Of a stretch of DNA of 64,000 bases, positions 8,250 to 17,763 are shown piece after piece. Under the pieces are notes generated by a model. The model saw only the letters and a list, made by a program, of their open reading frames with translations. It was not told the DNA's origin and did no database searches. Positions within the stretch are counted from its first letter, which is position 1, and each line of letters starts with the position of its first letter. The stretch is from NCBI GenBank assembly GCA_964428355.1, contig CAYRYU010000004.1, positions 3,261 through 67,260 of the forward strand. The letters run 5' to 3'. Made by a program: the position numbers and the translations under genes. Source of the DNA: an uncultured bacterium (GTDB taxonomy: Bacteria; Muiribacteriota; Ozemobacteria; Ozemobacterales; Ozemobacteraceae).

Positions 8250-9347
8250 TCACCGGTTCCATTCGGGAGTTTCATCCCGGTCGGGGCAACCCCTCGAGTG
8301 GAACCTGCATCGATTGCAGAGAAGGCACGGATTCACCGGCGTCGAGTCCAGGCCCCGGGCTTTCCGGACCCATTGGCGGTCCCTTATCAGGACGCGGCCA
8401 AGGGCGATGAAATCTGCGTCCCGGTTCTGGAGGATGTCGAACGCCATCTGCGGATACTGGATCTTTCCGACGACGGCGACGGGGATCGAAACCGCTTCCT
8501 TTATGTCTCTGGCGTCGTCGCGGAAGACCCCGGGAGGGGTGGTCGGGCCCACGATCGACTCGGGGCCATGCAACGAAGCATACATCCCTCCGGAAACATG
8601 AATCAGGTCGACTCCGGCTCCTTCAAGGGCTTTTGCCATGGTGACCGACTTCGCCAGGGTCAGCCCCCGGGGGAGGTAATCCCTGACCGACATCCTGTAG
8701 GAGATGGCCAGGTCTGGAAATGAGGAACGGATTGCGCTGACGACTTCCAGCGGGAAACGGTTGGTTCCGTCCGGTTCGAGTCGGTACTCGTCGTCGCGAT
8801 GATTCGTCAGGGGGGAAAGGAATTCGTGAAGAAGATATCCATGTGCCCCGTGGAGCTCGATTCCGGCAAATCCGGCTTCCCATGCGATCCCTGCGGCATC
8901 ACGGAACTTCCCGACGAGGTCCCGGATGTCGAGGATGCTCAGGGGTCTGACCGGCCGGTCGAGAACGGGGCATGGAATGGCCGACGGGGCAACGACCTCG
9001 AGGTTATCCCGGGAGGGAAGACCCTGTCGTCCTGCATGGTGAAGCTGGAGGAAGGGGACCACTCCGAGTTCCCTGATCGTTTCCGCGATCTGGGAGAGTC
9101 CATCCCGGGCCTCGGGGCCAGTGGCATCCAGCTCCCTCGACCAGCCCCGTCCTTCCTGCGAGACGAGGGAACCCTCCACGATTACCATTCCCACTCCGGT
9201 CAATGCCATGTGCTTGTAATACGAAAGCATGACGGGGGTGATCCGTCCGTTCTTGTCCGCGAACTGGGTGGCCAGGGGGGCGAACAGAATCCGGTTCCGA
9301 AGGGTCAGATGTCGTATCTTCCCCGGTTCGAAGGGGTTTGGAGACAT
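8250..9347 (-). CDS. Old Yellow Enzyme-family NADH:flavin oxidoreductase with C-terminal Cys cluster
   Basis: 365 aa from the ATG at 9347 (MSPNPFEPGK). OYE/FadH-type TIM-barrel motifs are present (HGAHGYLLHEFLSP, PLATQ). The C-terminus carries CLLCNRCRFHSRGCP (CxxCxxC-x5-C). The track ORF continues to 10649, but that upstream part is Arg/Pro-rich and overlaps a good + strand gene. Confidence 0.8.
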   Translation of the reverse strand: MSPNPFEPGKIRHLTLRNRILFAPLATQFADKNGRITPVMLSYYKHMALTGVGMVIVEGSLVSQEGRGWSRELDATGPEARDGLSQIAETIRELGVVPFLQLHHAGRQGLPSRDNLEVVAPSAIPCPVLDRPVRPLSILDIRDLVGKFRDAAGIAWEAGFAGIELHGAHGYLLHEFLSPLTNHRDDEYRLEPDGTNRFPLEVVSAIRSSFPDLAISYRMSVRDYLPRGLTLAKSVTMAKALEGAGVDLIHVSGGMYASLHGPESIVGPTTPPGVFRDDARDIKEAVSIPVAVVGKIQYPQMAFDILQNRDADFIALGRVLIRDRQWVRKARGLDSTPVNPCLLCNRCRFHSRGCPDRDETPEWNR

Positions 9348-9440
9348 GCTCCGATGATACCCATCCCGCCTCTCCCGGTCAAGGAGGATCGCAAAAAGGT
9401 GATGCCGATGTAGGTGGGGATGTGGTAAAATGGCCCGGAA

Positions 9441-10346
9441 ATGGACCGCTTGCCAGAATTCCCGTCCCAGACCGGATTGACCTTCGACCACAGGGATGCG
9501 GTTTTTACCTGTCTCGGTGCTTCGGGCATCGATTCCTCCGATTTCGCATTCTACAATCTCATGGGTTGGTACCGAACGCGTCCGGCAATGATTTCCAGGC
9601 TCGAGGGCAGGCTGCTTCTGTCGGTTGAAGGGCCTGAAGGGAACCAGCTTTTCCTTCCCCCGATCGGCGAGCCTCCTCTCGGGCCGGCACTCAAGAAGCT
9701 TCTTTCCTTGCTCCCGAAGTTCAACCAACCCCCCGTGCTTTCCTATTTCCCCGAGTCCATGGTCGAGGACGTGCGCCGGAGCTTCCCCGCGGCAGAGGTT
9801 TTGGCCCAGGAGAAGGATTTCGATTACATCTACCGGCTCCAGGAACTTGCGCTTCTGGCGGGTCGTAAATTCCACCAGAAGAAGAACTTCGTGAACCGGG
9901 TATTGGAAGAGGAGAAGCCCGAGGTCGAATTCATCAACGAGTCGAACCTGGACGAGACATTCCAGTTCCTCGACGCCTGGTACCGCGCCCATCCCCCCGG
10001 AGACCCCAACATGGAGATCGAATCCCTCGCGGCGAAACGGCTGCTTCCATTCCTCAAGGCCCTTTCCGGACTCGGGATTCTGGTGCGTATTCAAGGCCGC
10101 CTGGTCGGGTTTTCGATCGCCTGCCCCGTCCATTCGACGTGTTGGGTTGTTCCCCTGGAAAAAGCTGATCGATCGGTGAAAGGCTTGTACCAGTTCGTCA
10201 ACTGGGCATTGGCGAATCGTCTTCCCGAATTCGTGGTCCTGCTCAACAGGGAGACCGACCTGGGGATAGAGGGACTGCGAACCGCCAAGCAGAGTTACCA
10301 TCCGGTCAAGCTCGAGAAGAAATTTGAGATCAGGTTTCCGGCTTGA
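9441..10346 (+). CDS. DUF2156-like protein (resembles the C-terminal aminoacyl-transferase domain of MprF/LysX)
   Basis: 301 aa with balanced composition and no signal peptide; recognised by overall resemblance to the DUF2156 family. Family assignment is from memory of that domain, not from a search. Confidence 0.55.
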   Translation: MDRLPEFPSQTGLTFDHRDAVFTCLGASGIDSSDFAFYNLMGWYRTRPAMISRLEGRLLLSVEGPEGNQLFLPPIGEPPLGPALKKLLSLLPKFNQPPVLSYFPESMVEDVRRSFPAAEVLAQEKDFDYIYRLQELALLAGRKFHQKKNFVNRVLEEEKPEVEFINESNLDETFQFLDAWYRAHPPGDPNMEIESLAAKRLLPFLKALSGLGILVRIQGRLVGFSIACPVHSTCWVVPLEKADRSVKGLYQFVNWALANRLPEFVVLLNRETDLGIEGLRTAKQSYHPVKLEKKFEIRFPA

Positions 10347-10356
10347 GGTGTCGAAG

Positions 10357-10935
10357 ATGACGTTTGCGCGATCCATTCCCCGCCTTTGGGCAGGGGCGGT
10401 TTTCCTGCTCGCGGCCGTCATCTTTCTTTTCGGTTGCGGATCGGAGCATACGAACCCCCTTCCCGTGACCTCATATGGCGGAGCGCCCCCGGAGCAGGAA
10501 AGCGCAATGGTCGAACTCGATGCGAAAGGCTTCCTGAACGGCGAGCTGACCGGGGCGGTTTCCGTTCCCCAGTATGCGAGCACATACCCCGTCTCATACA
10601 CCGGCTCATGGACTCCGATACTTGCCGGAGCGAAAACCGGATGGTACATGATGTTCTCGGACTCGCCGGGGGCCCGGGTGGACGTTGTGGCAACGGTCTC
10701 GAGGGTGGTCTTCGATTTCTGGGATTACGAGATGTACCAGGGTGCCGGGGTTGTCAGTTTCTACCTGGACGGCGCCTTTCTCGGAAGCGCCTCACTCGTC
10801 GGAAAGAATGCGGCAGGCCAGAAGTTCATGGATTACCAGGTGGTGACGGGGAAAACGACGGTTTCCACGATCACGATGAAGCTCGATTCGGGAAACGCGG
10901 TCTTGACCGGCTTCGTGCTCATCTTCCCCAAATGA
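10357..10935 (+). CDS. Hypothetical lipoprotein
   Basis: The ATG at 10357 gives MTFARSIPRLWAGAVFLLAAVIFLFGCGS, a signal peptide with an LFGC lipobox. The track start at 10324 is a TTG inside the upstream gene's stop region. Confidence 0.55.
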   Translation: MTFARSIPRLWAGAVFLLAAVIFLFGCGSEHTNPLPVTSYGGAPPEQESAMVELDAKGFLNGELTGAVSVPQYASTYPVSYTGSWTPILAGAKTGWYMMFSDSPGARVDVVATVSRVVFDFWDYEMYQGAGVVSFYLDGAFLGSASLVGKNAAGQKFMDYQVVTGKTTVSTITMKLDSGNAVLTGFVLIFPK

Positions 10936-10968
10936 TGTCCGAGGCAGGAAGATGCTGATCGGCTGCCC

Positions 10969-12069
10969 ATGGCTTATGAGCTACCTCTCCAAAAAGGACC
11001 GGGACTGAACATGCTCAGGGAGTTGATGGATTTTCTGGGTCTTCTCCCGCCCGAAGAGATCCATACGGCCGTTGCCCGGGGTGAGATCAACGAAGTAAAA
11101 GCCTGGGGAAGGCGGATGGTCCATTCCCTGGAACTCAAGGACCCGGATGGCCGGACTCCCCTTCATACCGCGGTCGAGAACGAGAACATCCAGATTGTCG
11201 GGTATCTTCTCGATTCCGGTGTCCAGTTGAACGTCAAGACGAAAAAGGGGACTGCCCCAATTCACATTGCCGCATCGAAAGGGAATTTCAGCGTCGTCGA
11301 CATGCTCCTTGGCAAGGGAGCAGGTGTCGAGATCAGGGATTTCGAGGGAAGTTCCCCGCTGATGATCGCGTGCAACGCCGGTCACCTGGGAGTTTCGAAG
11401 ATCCTCATCGAGAGAGGCGCGGATATCAACGCGGCCAACCTCGAGGGGCAGACTCCCCTCCACGCCGCGGTTTCCTCGGGCAGGATGGAACTCGTCAGGT
11501 TCCTTCTCGGAAAGGGGGCGATGCTCGAAGCCCGGAACTGCCAGGGCTTGACGCCTTTCCTGGTTTCGGTCCGGAAGGGGAACCGGAGGATGGTGGAGTA
11601 TCTTCTGACCCGCGGGGCCAGCGCATCGACCACCGACGGAACCGGCCGGAACGCTCTTCATTTTCTCGCCACGGGGGGATCCCGCGCTCTGATGGAGAAG
11701 CTCATCAGGCGTGGCAACGATGTCAACATGAGGCAGAAATCGGGAGAGACCCCGCTCCATTATGCCGTATTCCTCGGAACCACAGAAATGGTGGAACTCC
11801 TTCTCAGAAGAGGGGCAGACCCGAACCTCGGAGACCGTGACGGGTGGACCCCTCTTCATTGGGGGTGCTGGACGGGCGAGCTGCCGAAAGTCCAGGTTCT
11901 TGCGGACTGGGGAGCCGATTTCTCCCGTGCAACGAAAAGTGGCAAGACTCCTCGAATGATCGCCCGGATGCTCGGGCGAAACCTCGATCGGATAACGGTT
12001 CCGGAGAGGTTCATGAAGTCCGCCACGGATCCGGACCTTCCGTCGCCGGCCCCGAGCAAACCCCAATGA
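10969..12069 (+). CDS. Ankyrin-repeat protein (cytoplasmic, at least 8 ANK repeats)
   Basis: 366 aa with repeated GxTPLHxAAxxGHxxxVxxLLxxGA units throughout; no signal peptide. Confidence 0.8.
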   Translation: MAYELPLQKGPGLNMLRELMDFLGLLPPEEIHTAVARGEINEVKAWGRRMVHSLELKDPDGRTPLHTAVENENIQIVGYLLDSGVQLNVKTKKGTAPIHIAASKGNFSVVDMLLGKGAGVEIRDFEGSSPLMIACNAGHLGVSKILIERGADINAANLEGQTPLHAAVSSGRMELVRFLLGKGAMLEARNCQGLTPFLVSVRKGNRRMVEYLLTRGASASTTDGTGRNALHFLATGGSRALMEKLIRRGNDVNMRQKSGETPLHYAVFLGTTEMVELLLRRGADPNLGDRDGWTPLHWGCWTGELPKVQVLADWGADFSRATKSGKTPRMIARMLGRNLDRITVPERFMKSATDPDLPSPAPSKPQ

Positions 12070-12104
12070 ACAGAGGAAATTTGAGGCCGTATCAAGGTAA
12101 CTGA

Positions 12105-12225
12105 CGAAAAATGCCACAGATCCGCAGAGAACTCAGGGAGAACTCCGGGGTTTCGGAAAAAGGGAAAAGCCGCCTGTCCGTTTCATTGACAGCCTCTGTG
12201 GCTCTGTGTCTCCGTGGCAATCCCA
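12105..12225. repeat. CACAGAG / CTCTGTG inverted-repeat element (copy 2) in the ankyrin-EEP intergenic region
   Basis: ccacagatccgcagagaac (about 12114-12132) and the inverse cctctgtggctctgtgtctccgtggc (about 12193-12218). The reverse complement of the latter matches 7060-7085 at about 22 of 26 positions. Confidence 0.5.
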
Positions 12226-12248
12226 TCAGGAATCCTGCTTCTTCGTTG

Positions 12249-13262
12249 ATGTTTTCCCGGAAACCATGGGCAATCGGACTGCTTCTGGGCATGGTTGCCC
12301 TGTGCTCCGGGGCTTGGGGTGCAAGCCGTTGGATGCCTCCCCCAGGGTTCCGGAATTCATTCGCATTTTTCCAGAACCTGGTGGCCTTTTTCGGTCACCC
12401 CCAGGTTTTTGTCCCCGTTTCCCCGGTCGCATCTCAGCCCGAACCGGTGGCGTTGTTCATCGGTTCCGCGACGGTTCATCCCCCGCTCGAACCTTTTTCA
12501 GGCCCAGCCGCAGAGCCGGGAAAGAACGGTGGGAAGGCCGACCTGAGGGTCCTTTCGCACAACCTGTGGCTCCTGCCCTTTCCCTTTGCGGTGGACATGG
12601 ACGGCCGGCTGGATCGGTTCTGCGGTTTCGCCCGGGATCTTGGACCCGACATCGTTCTCCTCCAGGAAGTCTGGTTCGCTCATCACTTGGAAGCGGTGCG
12701 CCGCGGGTTTCCAGGCTACTGGACGGTATCTTCCGGAGGCCTCGGTTACAACAGGAGCGGCCTTGTGATTCTCACGAAGAAACCCCCAAAAGACGCCCTG
12801 AGTGGGGTTTTCGCCGTGACCGGAAACCACAACTTCGAGGAACTGCTGGCTCGGAAAGGTTTTCTTCGGATCGTCCTGGAATCGGGCGGGGTGAACTGGA
12901 ACATCGCCTGTACTCACCTCTACGCTTCAAAAACAGAAGCCGAGAAGAACGAGAAATTCCGGCAGCTTCGGTCCCTTCAGGGAATCATCGGATCCCTGAC
13001 TCCCCCGGTTCTCATCGGAGGGGACTTCAACATCCGGTTCGAACAGTTTCTCCCGCTGAACGGGGATTTCCTAACGTTGGAATCCTCTCCGCCCCTTCCA
13101 ACGAACCGGAACCTGAATCACCCGGGGAAGATCGATTATCTCGTTGGCAGAGCCGGGAAGGGGAATCCCATTTCCATCGATTCAACGGTTCTTGGCGATC
13201 CCATCTTTTCCGATCACAAGATGATTCTTGCCACGGTGACACTGGAACTGGGTCAGGAATAA
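12249..13262 (+). CDS. Secreted endonuclease/exonuclease/phosphatase (EEP) family protein, sphingomyelinase-like
   Basis: Start is taken at the internal ATG giving the signal peptide MFSRKPWAIGLLLGMVALCSGAWG. EEP motifs are present (LRVLSHNLW, IVLLQEV, GGDFN, SDH). Confidence 0.7.
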   Translation: MFSRKPWAIGLLLGMVALCSGAWGASRWMPPPGFRNSFAFFQNLVAFFGHPQVFVPVSPVASQPEPVALFIGSATVHPPLEPFSGPAAEPGKNGGKADLRVLSHNLWLLPFPFAVDMDGRLDRFCGFARDLGPDIVLLQEVWFAHHLEAVRRGFPGYWTVSSGGLGYNRSGLVILTKKPPKDALSGVFAVTGNHNFEELLARKGFLRIVLESGGVNWNIACTHLYASKTEAEKNEKFRQLRSLQGIIGSLTPPVLIGGDFNIRFEQFLPLNGDFLTLESSPPLPTNRNLNHPGKIDYLVGRAGKGNPISIDSTVLGDPIFSDHKMILATVTLELGQE

Positions 13263-13840
13263 GCTTTCCTGATCATTGCAGCCGCTCCCACCAGGAAAGC
13301 GACTGCGAGGATCCAGAGGAAGTTTTCCCCCAGCCACTCGTCGGCGTAGGGACCGAATTTGTACCCTGCCCAGATCGAGATCGGGCAGGTCAGGATCGTA
13401 CGGGCGAAATCCCAGAAAAAGAACTTCCAGAAGCGGTATCCCATCGTGCCGCTCAGGAAAAATGTCGAGGCGCGGATCCCCGCGAAAAAACCCGCCAGGA
13501 ACACGGCGGTATCACCGTGCTTTTCGAAGAACGCTTTCGTTTTCGACAGCACTTTTTCGGAAAACATTATCCGGAATGGCCAGAGCCGGAGGATCGTCTG
13601 GCCGTAATTTCGTGCAAGGAAAAACAGGCAGATGTCCCCAAGAAGGACCCCGGCCACTCCGGTCGCGATCATTTTCCCAAGCGTACCGTTCCCGAGACTG
13701 ACCAGGTAACCCGCGGTGATGAACGTGGCTTCCTCGGGGACGGGGAGTCCCATTCCGCAAAGGACAAGCACGGTGAAGACCGCAAGGTAGGTACCGTTCT
13801 GGAAGAAAGGAAGAAGTTGGTCAAACCAATCCATACGCAT
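13253..13840 (-). CDS. DedA / SNARE-associated family membrane protein
   Basis: 195 aa, multi-TM, with the DedA signature region (GLPVPEEATFITAGYL ... FLARNYG). Its 3' end overlaps the EEP gene by 10 nt in convergent orientation. Confidence 0.8.
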   Translation of the reverse strand: MRMDWFDQLLPFFQNGTYLAVFTVLVLCGMGLPVPEEATFITAGYLVSLGNGTLGKMIATGVAGVLLGDICLFFLARNYGQTILRLWPFRIMFSEKVLSKTKAFFEKHGDTAVFLAGFFAGIRASTFFLSGTMGYRFWKFFFWDFARTILTCPISIWAGYKFGPYADEWLGENFLWILAVAFLVGAAAMIRKAYS

Positions 13841-14027
13841 CTTTGGAGGTGGAAAATCAACCTCCAGACCAAGGATGGTTCCAAGATATCCCTATCGGGC
13901 CGGTTCCGCAAGCGGAATTTCCAGGTTCCTCTGGGTGAAGGGCAGGGTAACCTTTTCTTTTGCCTTCGTTTCCGTGATAGAATTGCCCTTGGCGGAGGTT
14001 GTTGTGGTTTCATCCAGGGAACGGTTT

Positions 14028-14423
14028 TTGGTCGTGTGGGGCCTCCTTCTGGGGATCGTTCTGTCGTCCTTTCCGCTCGAGGGACAGGTTTCGGATCCAA
14101 ACAGGAAAATCTTCCTAGAAGGGGTAGTAACGAGTTTCCGCCACCTGTGCAAATGGGACCACTATGACGACGGCTCCTTCGAAGGTTACGACCAGCTGGT
14201 GTTCAGGATCACCGCTCCACCGAAGTATCGGGGCAAGGTCCTGAAGGTCTATTACGGTTCCTGGAAGATCCCCCACGGGATCGTCCCCTTGAAAGTCGGG
14301 GTCCTTTGCCGGTTTGCCCTCAAGGAATGGGTCCTGGAACTGAGCGAAATCTATTGGGACGCTCTCGAATTCTTCCGGATCGTTGCCTGGCCTCCGAAAA
14401 CGTACATAAAGACGATCCGCTGA
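14028..14423 (+). CDS. Hypothetical small secreted protein
   Basis: The C-terminal ~130 aa of track ORF 13875-14423 have protein-like composition. A putative TTG/GTG start near 14028 gives a signal-like VVWGLLLGIVLSSFPLEG. The overlapping minus-strand ORFs are Arg-rich junk. Confidence 0.35.
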   Translation: MVVWGLLLGIVLSSFPLEGQVSDPNRKIFLEGVVTSFRHLCKWDHYDDGSFEGYDQLVFRITAPPKYRGKVLKVYYGSWKIPHGIVPLKVGVLCRFALKEWVLELSEIYWDALEFFRIVAWPPKTYIKTIR

Positions 14424-14436
14424 CATCGGGAGAAGC

Positions 14437-14904
14437 ATGGGGAAAGAACGGTCGCCCTCGCGGAAGAGATTTTCCCTGCTTCGTCCCGGGACCGCGGAAC
14501 AGTTCGAACGCTACTTCGACCTTCGCTGGAGGGTTCTCCGGCAACCCTGGAGCCAACCCCGTGGAAGCGAGCGCGACGACCATGAAGAAGGGGCGTTTCA
14601 CCTGATGGCGGTCGATGAGGAGGGAGTCCCCTGGGCCGTAGGACGGCTCCACGTCGAGTCGCAGGGCTGTGGCAGGATCAGATACATGGCCGTAGAGGAA
14701 CGGGGCCGGGGAGCCGGTTTGGGCCGGATGGTCCTGGAAGGCTTGGAAAACGAGGCGCGGAACCGCGGACTGGCCCGGATGATTCTCAACGCACGCGAAT
14801 CGGTTGTGGGCTTCTACCTTCGCGCCGGATATCTCGTGACGGGGGAGGGGCCCCTTCTGTTTGGGGAAATTCGTCATTCAATCATGGAAAAGAGCCTGGT
14901 GTGA
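14437..14904 (+). CDS. GNAT family N-acetyltransferase
   Basis: 155 aa; acetyl-CoA binding motif RGRGAGLGRMVLEGLENEARNRG (Q/RxxGxG/A). Confidence 0.75.
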   Translation: MGKERSPSRKRFSLLRPGTAEQFERYFDLRWRVLRQPWSQPRGSERDDHEEGAFHLMAVDEEGVPWAVGRLHVESQGCGRIRYMAVEERGRGAGLGRMVLEGLENEARNRGLARMILNARESVVGFYLRAGYLVTGEGPLLFGEIRHSIMEKSLV

Positions 14905-15587
14905 GCTGGGAGGAAAGGCGTTCCCGGTTCGCGGTGGGAAAGAAAATCCTGGCGGTCCTTGTCGGGCTGTTGGCGACGCTGGTGTTGCTGGGGGTTTTCC
15001 TGCCCTCCCGCACGAAGAGGTTTTTTCTCCAGGATCTCCAGAGCGAACTTTCCGGAAAAGGCCAGGAAAGGGCGCAAGCCAGGTTCCGGCAACGTCTGGA
15101 AATTCTCAACCTCGATCCCAATGTCCTCCAACTGGAGCTTCTGGTCAGGAAAAAGGAACGCGTCCTGGTGGTGAGCAACGGCGAGACGGTCATCGCATCG
15201 TATCCCGTCGCCCTGGGGTTCAGTCCGGAAGGGCAGAAAGAGACCGCCAACGACGGGCGGACCCCGGAGGGAAGCTATTTCATCTGCTACAAGAAAGAGA
15301 ACAGCCGGTATCACCTTTTCCTTGGAGCGACCTACCCTTCGCCCGACGATGCGTCGCGGGCCCTTTCGAAGGGAATCATCTGCGCGACGGAAGCGGAAGC
15401 GATCCTGGAAGCTGGGATGAAAAGGGCTCGTCCTCCCTGGAACTCCCCGCTCGGAGGCCCTTTCGGGATCCATGGATTCGGCACGGGCGAGGACTGGACG
15501 GAAGGAACGGTTGCCATGTCCAATCCCCACGTCGAAGAGATCTTCTGGAACGTCCCGATGGGAACCCCCTTGACGGTCATCCCATGA
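14901..15587 (+). CDS. L,D-transpeptidase (YkuD) domain-like protein; catalytic Cys position appears to be Thr
   Basis: 228 aa; GTG start overlaps the GNAT stop (GTGA); N-terminal TM/signal. The C-terminal GIHGFGTGEDWTEGTVAMSNPHVEEIF parallels the YkuD motif HG...S.GCIRM.N.DV.EL, with Thr in place of the nucleophile Cys. Confidence 0.55.
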   Translation: MSWEERRSRFAVGKKILAVLVGLLATLVLLGVFLPSRTKRFFLQDLQSELSGKGQERAQARFRQRLEILNLDPNVLQLELLVRKKERVLVVSNGETVIASYPVALGFSPEGQKETANDGRTPEGSYFICYKKENSRYHLFLGATYPSPDDASRALSKGIICATEAEAILEAGMKRARPPWNSPLGGPFGIHGFGTGEDWTEGTVAMSNPHVEEIFWNVPMGTPLTVIP

Positions 15588-15624
15588 GAACCTCTTTCCT
15601 CGCGGATCTCATGGGCAGGGATTG

Positions 15625-17091
15625 TCACTTCTTCGGAAGGGCTTTAATGAGCCGAATGAACTCGACGGGATCGATGATCTTTGCACCACCCTTGGACTTT
15701 TCGGCGGATTCGAAAAGCACGTCCTTGATCTCGTCCGGGGTCAAGTCGGGACGGATCTGCCAGCCCAGGGCCAAAACTCCCGCGGCGTAGGGAATTCCCC
15801 AGCTCAGACCTCCGCGCCCGTTGTGTTGGAAGGAGAAGGTCTTTTCATGATACTGCTCCGCGGTTGTCCGGGGTGAGCATGGCGCGCAGACGTTTTCCGC
15901 GTCGACCCTGCTGGAAATCCTCCCAGGGAACCCGGGAGTGCATTTCGAGGGGCTTTCCGGATCCGAACGGTCGAAGAAACAGGGGCTGATGAATCCGAAT
16001 TTGTCCGAGGTGTCGATCACGAGTATCCCTGCTTTCCTGGCCTTTTCCACGGCTTTGTCCCACTGATCCCCGCCGGTCTTGAAGGGTGAACCGGTTCCGG
16101 AAGGGGAGGTGGAGACCGATACGACGCGGATTCCTTGCCCCGCGGGAAGTCCGGCGTTGATTGCGATGATCCATTCGAGGGCTTTTCCCAGGGGCGTCGC
16201 GTCCCGGTCACCGGATGGGAAGGCGGCGTAGTACAAGACGGCTTCGGGGGCGACGCCGCAGGTGTTTCCGACCAGGATGCTCGTCACCGCCGGACCATGC
16301 ATGCTGGACGTCTCGTTCAGATCCAAGTTCAGATACGAAGCGATCTTCCCGGCGAACTCCGGGTGATCAAGGTGCATCGCCTGGTCGATGATTGCCACTT
16401 TCACACCCTTCCCGGTGAACCCCTCCTGGTGGAGCTTCCGGACCCCCAGGCCTGGATTCTTCCAGTCCTCGATCGTCCTTTCGGGCGACCAGCCCGCGGG
16501 GAGAGCGGCGGACGCGGGCCAGACGGTCTTCTGGTTGAAATCGAGGGTTTCGAGCAGCTCGAGCTTGTCCCGGAAGTCGAACTTGCCCAGGTCGCGGTTC
16601 CGGACGTCGTCGAATTTTCCCGGGGCCCTGTTCGGGTCTTCCACTTTCGCCAGGCCCGGGCCGGGGGTAAGGGGAGGAGTCCCTTCCCGTTTCAGAACGT
16701 AGTATCCGGGGTCCAGGCCGTCCTCGGAGATATCCCCGCTTAACCACGGCAGGAAGAGGACCTCCTGTCCCCCCAGGTTTTCGATGAAGAATGGGTAGTG
16801 GAGATTTCGCTTTTCATCGATGATCTTTCCCTCCCGCCAGACGAGGGTGCAGAAGGCCGGGTCTTTCTGCAGGCCCATTGTCGTGGACCCGTTTTCCTCG
16901 AAGGCGAATCCCTTCAGGAACAATTCCCCTCCAAACTGCGTGTCTCCGGGTTTGAACTCCGTCGGGTCATCAACAAAATCGATTGTTTCCCACCGCCCAA
17001 CCGGAACCTTCAAGTTTGTGCCCCCAGCCGAGCAGCAGATCGAGATCATAGAGAAAAGGACGGCAAAGGACAGAACGGCTTTCTTTTTCAT
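15625..17091 (-). CDS. Secreted subtilisin-like serine peptidase (S8 family)
   Basis: Start at the ATG at 17091 (MKKKAVLSFAVLFSMISICCSAGG) with GGAGG 6 nt upstream. Catalytic motifs: VAIIDQAMHLDHPEF (Asp), HGPAVTSIL (His), GGLSWGIPYAAG (Ser). Confidence 0.8.
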   Translation of the reverse strand: MKKKAVLSFAVLFSMISICCSAGGTNLKVPVGRWETIDFVDDPTEFKPGDTQFGGELFLKGFAFEENGSTTMGLQKDPAFCTLVWREGKIIDEKRNLHYPFFIENLGGQEVLFLPWLSGDISEDGLDPGYYVLKREGTPPLTPGPGLAKVEDPNRAPGKFDDVRNRDLGKFDFRDKLELLETLDFNQKTVWPASAALPAGWSPERTIEDWKNPGLGVRKLHQEGFTGKGVKVAIIDQAMHLDHPEFAGKIASYLNLDLNETSSMHGPAVTSILVGNTCGVAPEAVLYYAAFPSGDRDATPLGKALEWIIAINAGLPAGQGIRVVSVSTSPSGTGSPFKTGGDQWDKAVEKARKAGILVIDTSDKFGFISPCFFDRSDPESPSKCTPGFPGRISSRVDAENVCAPCSPRTTAEQYHEKTFSFQHNGRGGLSWGIPYAAGVLALGWQIRPDLTPDEIKDVLFESAEKSKGGAKIIDPVEFIRLIKALPKK

Positions 17092-17132
17092 GGGTCCTCC
17101 AAAAATTTCCCCCGGTCGCTGTGAAGGGGGCA

Positions 17133-17660
17133 TCAATCCCTTTCGGGACGGAGAAACGAGACTTCGGTGAAACCGCCTTCCTTGAATGACAGAAGTCCTC
17201 CCTGACAGAAGCTGAAGGGCTTCCCCCATCTGGAATGGTCGTCCTCGGGAAGGCAGGCGACCAGTGCGAGCTCTACCAGTCCGCCGTGGGAGATGACCAG
17301 GATTCGCTTTCCCTTGGGGGTCTCTTTTGCGAGGTCGAAAAGCGCCTTCGCAAGAGAGTTACCCAGCTTCTGCACCTTTTTGCTCTTCCGGTAGGCCTCA
17401 GAGATCGCGGGGAAACCGCCCCCCCATTCGATCTCGCCTTCGAGGTCATCGGGATAATCGCCCAACACTTCGATCTGATCATCGACCGCGAAGCCCATTG
17501 CGATGGCGGTTTCCAGTGCCCGGGGAAGGTCACTGGTGAAGACTTTGTAATAGGGGCCCATGTCTCGCCCGACCTTTCGCGCGAAATCCAGGCCCTCCTG
17601 CGTGAGGTGCGGGCTGGATTTGTCTCTCTTCGAGTGACGGCGGATTTCGATGGTTTTCAT
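17133..17660 (-). CDS. Histidine phosphatase superfamily protein (phosphoglycerate-mutase-like)
   Basis: RHS(K) catalytic motif IEIRRHSKR near the N-terminus and LVISHGG later. Start at the ATG at 17660 preceded by GGAGAGG; the track M1 is a TTG. Confidence 0.75.
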   Translation of the reverse strand: MKTIEIRRHSKRDKSSPHLTQEGLDFARKVGRDMGPYYKVFTSDLPRALETAIAMGFAVDDQIEVLGDYPDDLEGEIEWGGGFPAISEAYRKSKKVQKLGNSLAKALFDLAKETPKGKRILVISHGGLVELALVACLPEDDHSRWGKPFSFCQGGLLSFKEGGFTEVSFLRPERD

Positions 17661-17763
17661 GGGTTGCAATCCTCTCCTCTTTGGAAGATGGGCAAATGAT
17701 ACGAAAGGGAGCTACCGATGGCAAGCATTCCGGGAGGCCGCCGTCGCGATCCTGGGAATGCCT

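Noticed and set aside
9348-10649. Upstream 430 aa of the 799-aa minus-strand ORF containing the OYE gene
   Set aside because: The OYE domain begins at the ATG at 9347. The upstream part is low-complexity and overlaps the well-formed + strand DUF2156 gene.
12111-12248. First 46 codons of the EEP ORF (MPQIRRELRENSG...)
   Set aside because: This stretch lies in the repeat-containing intergenic region. The internal ATG at 12249 yields a clean signal peptide.
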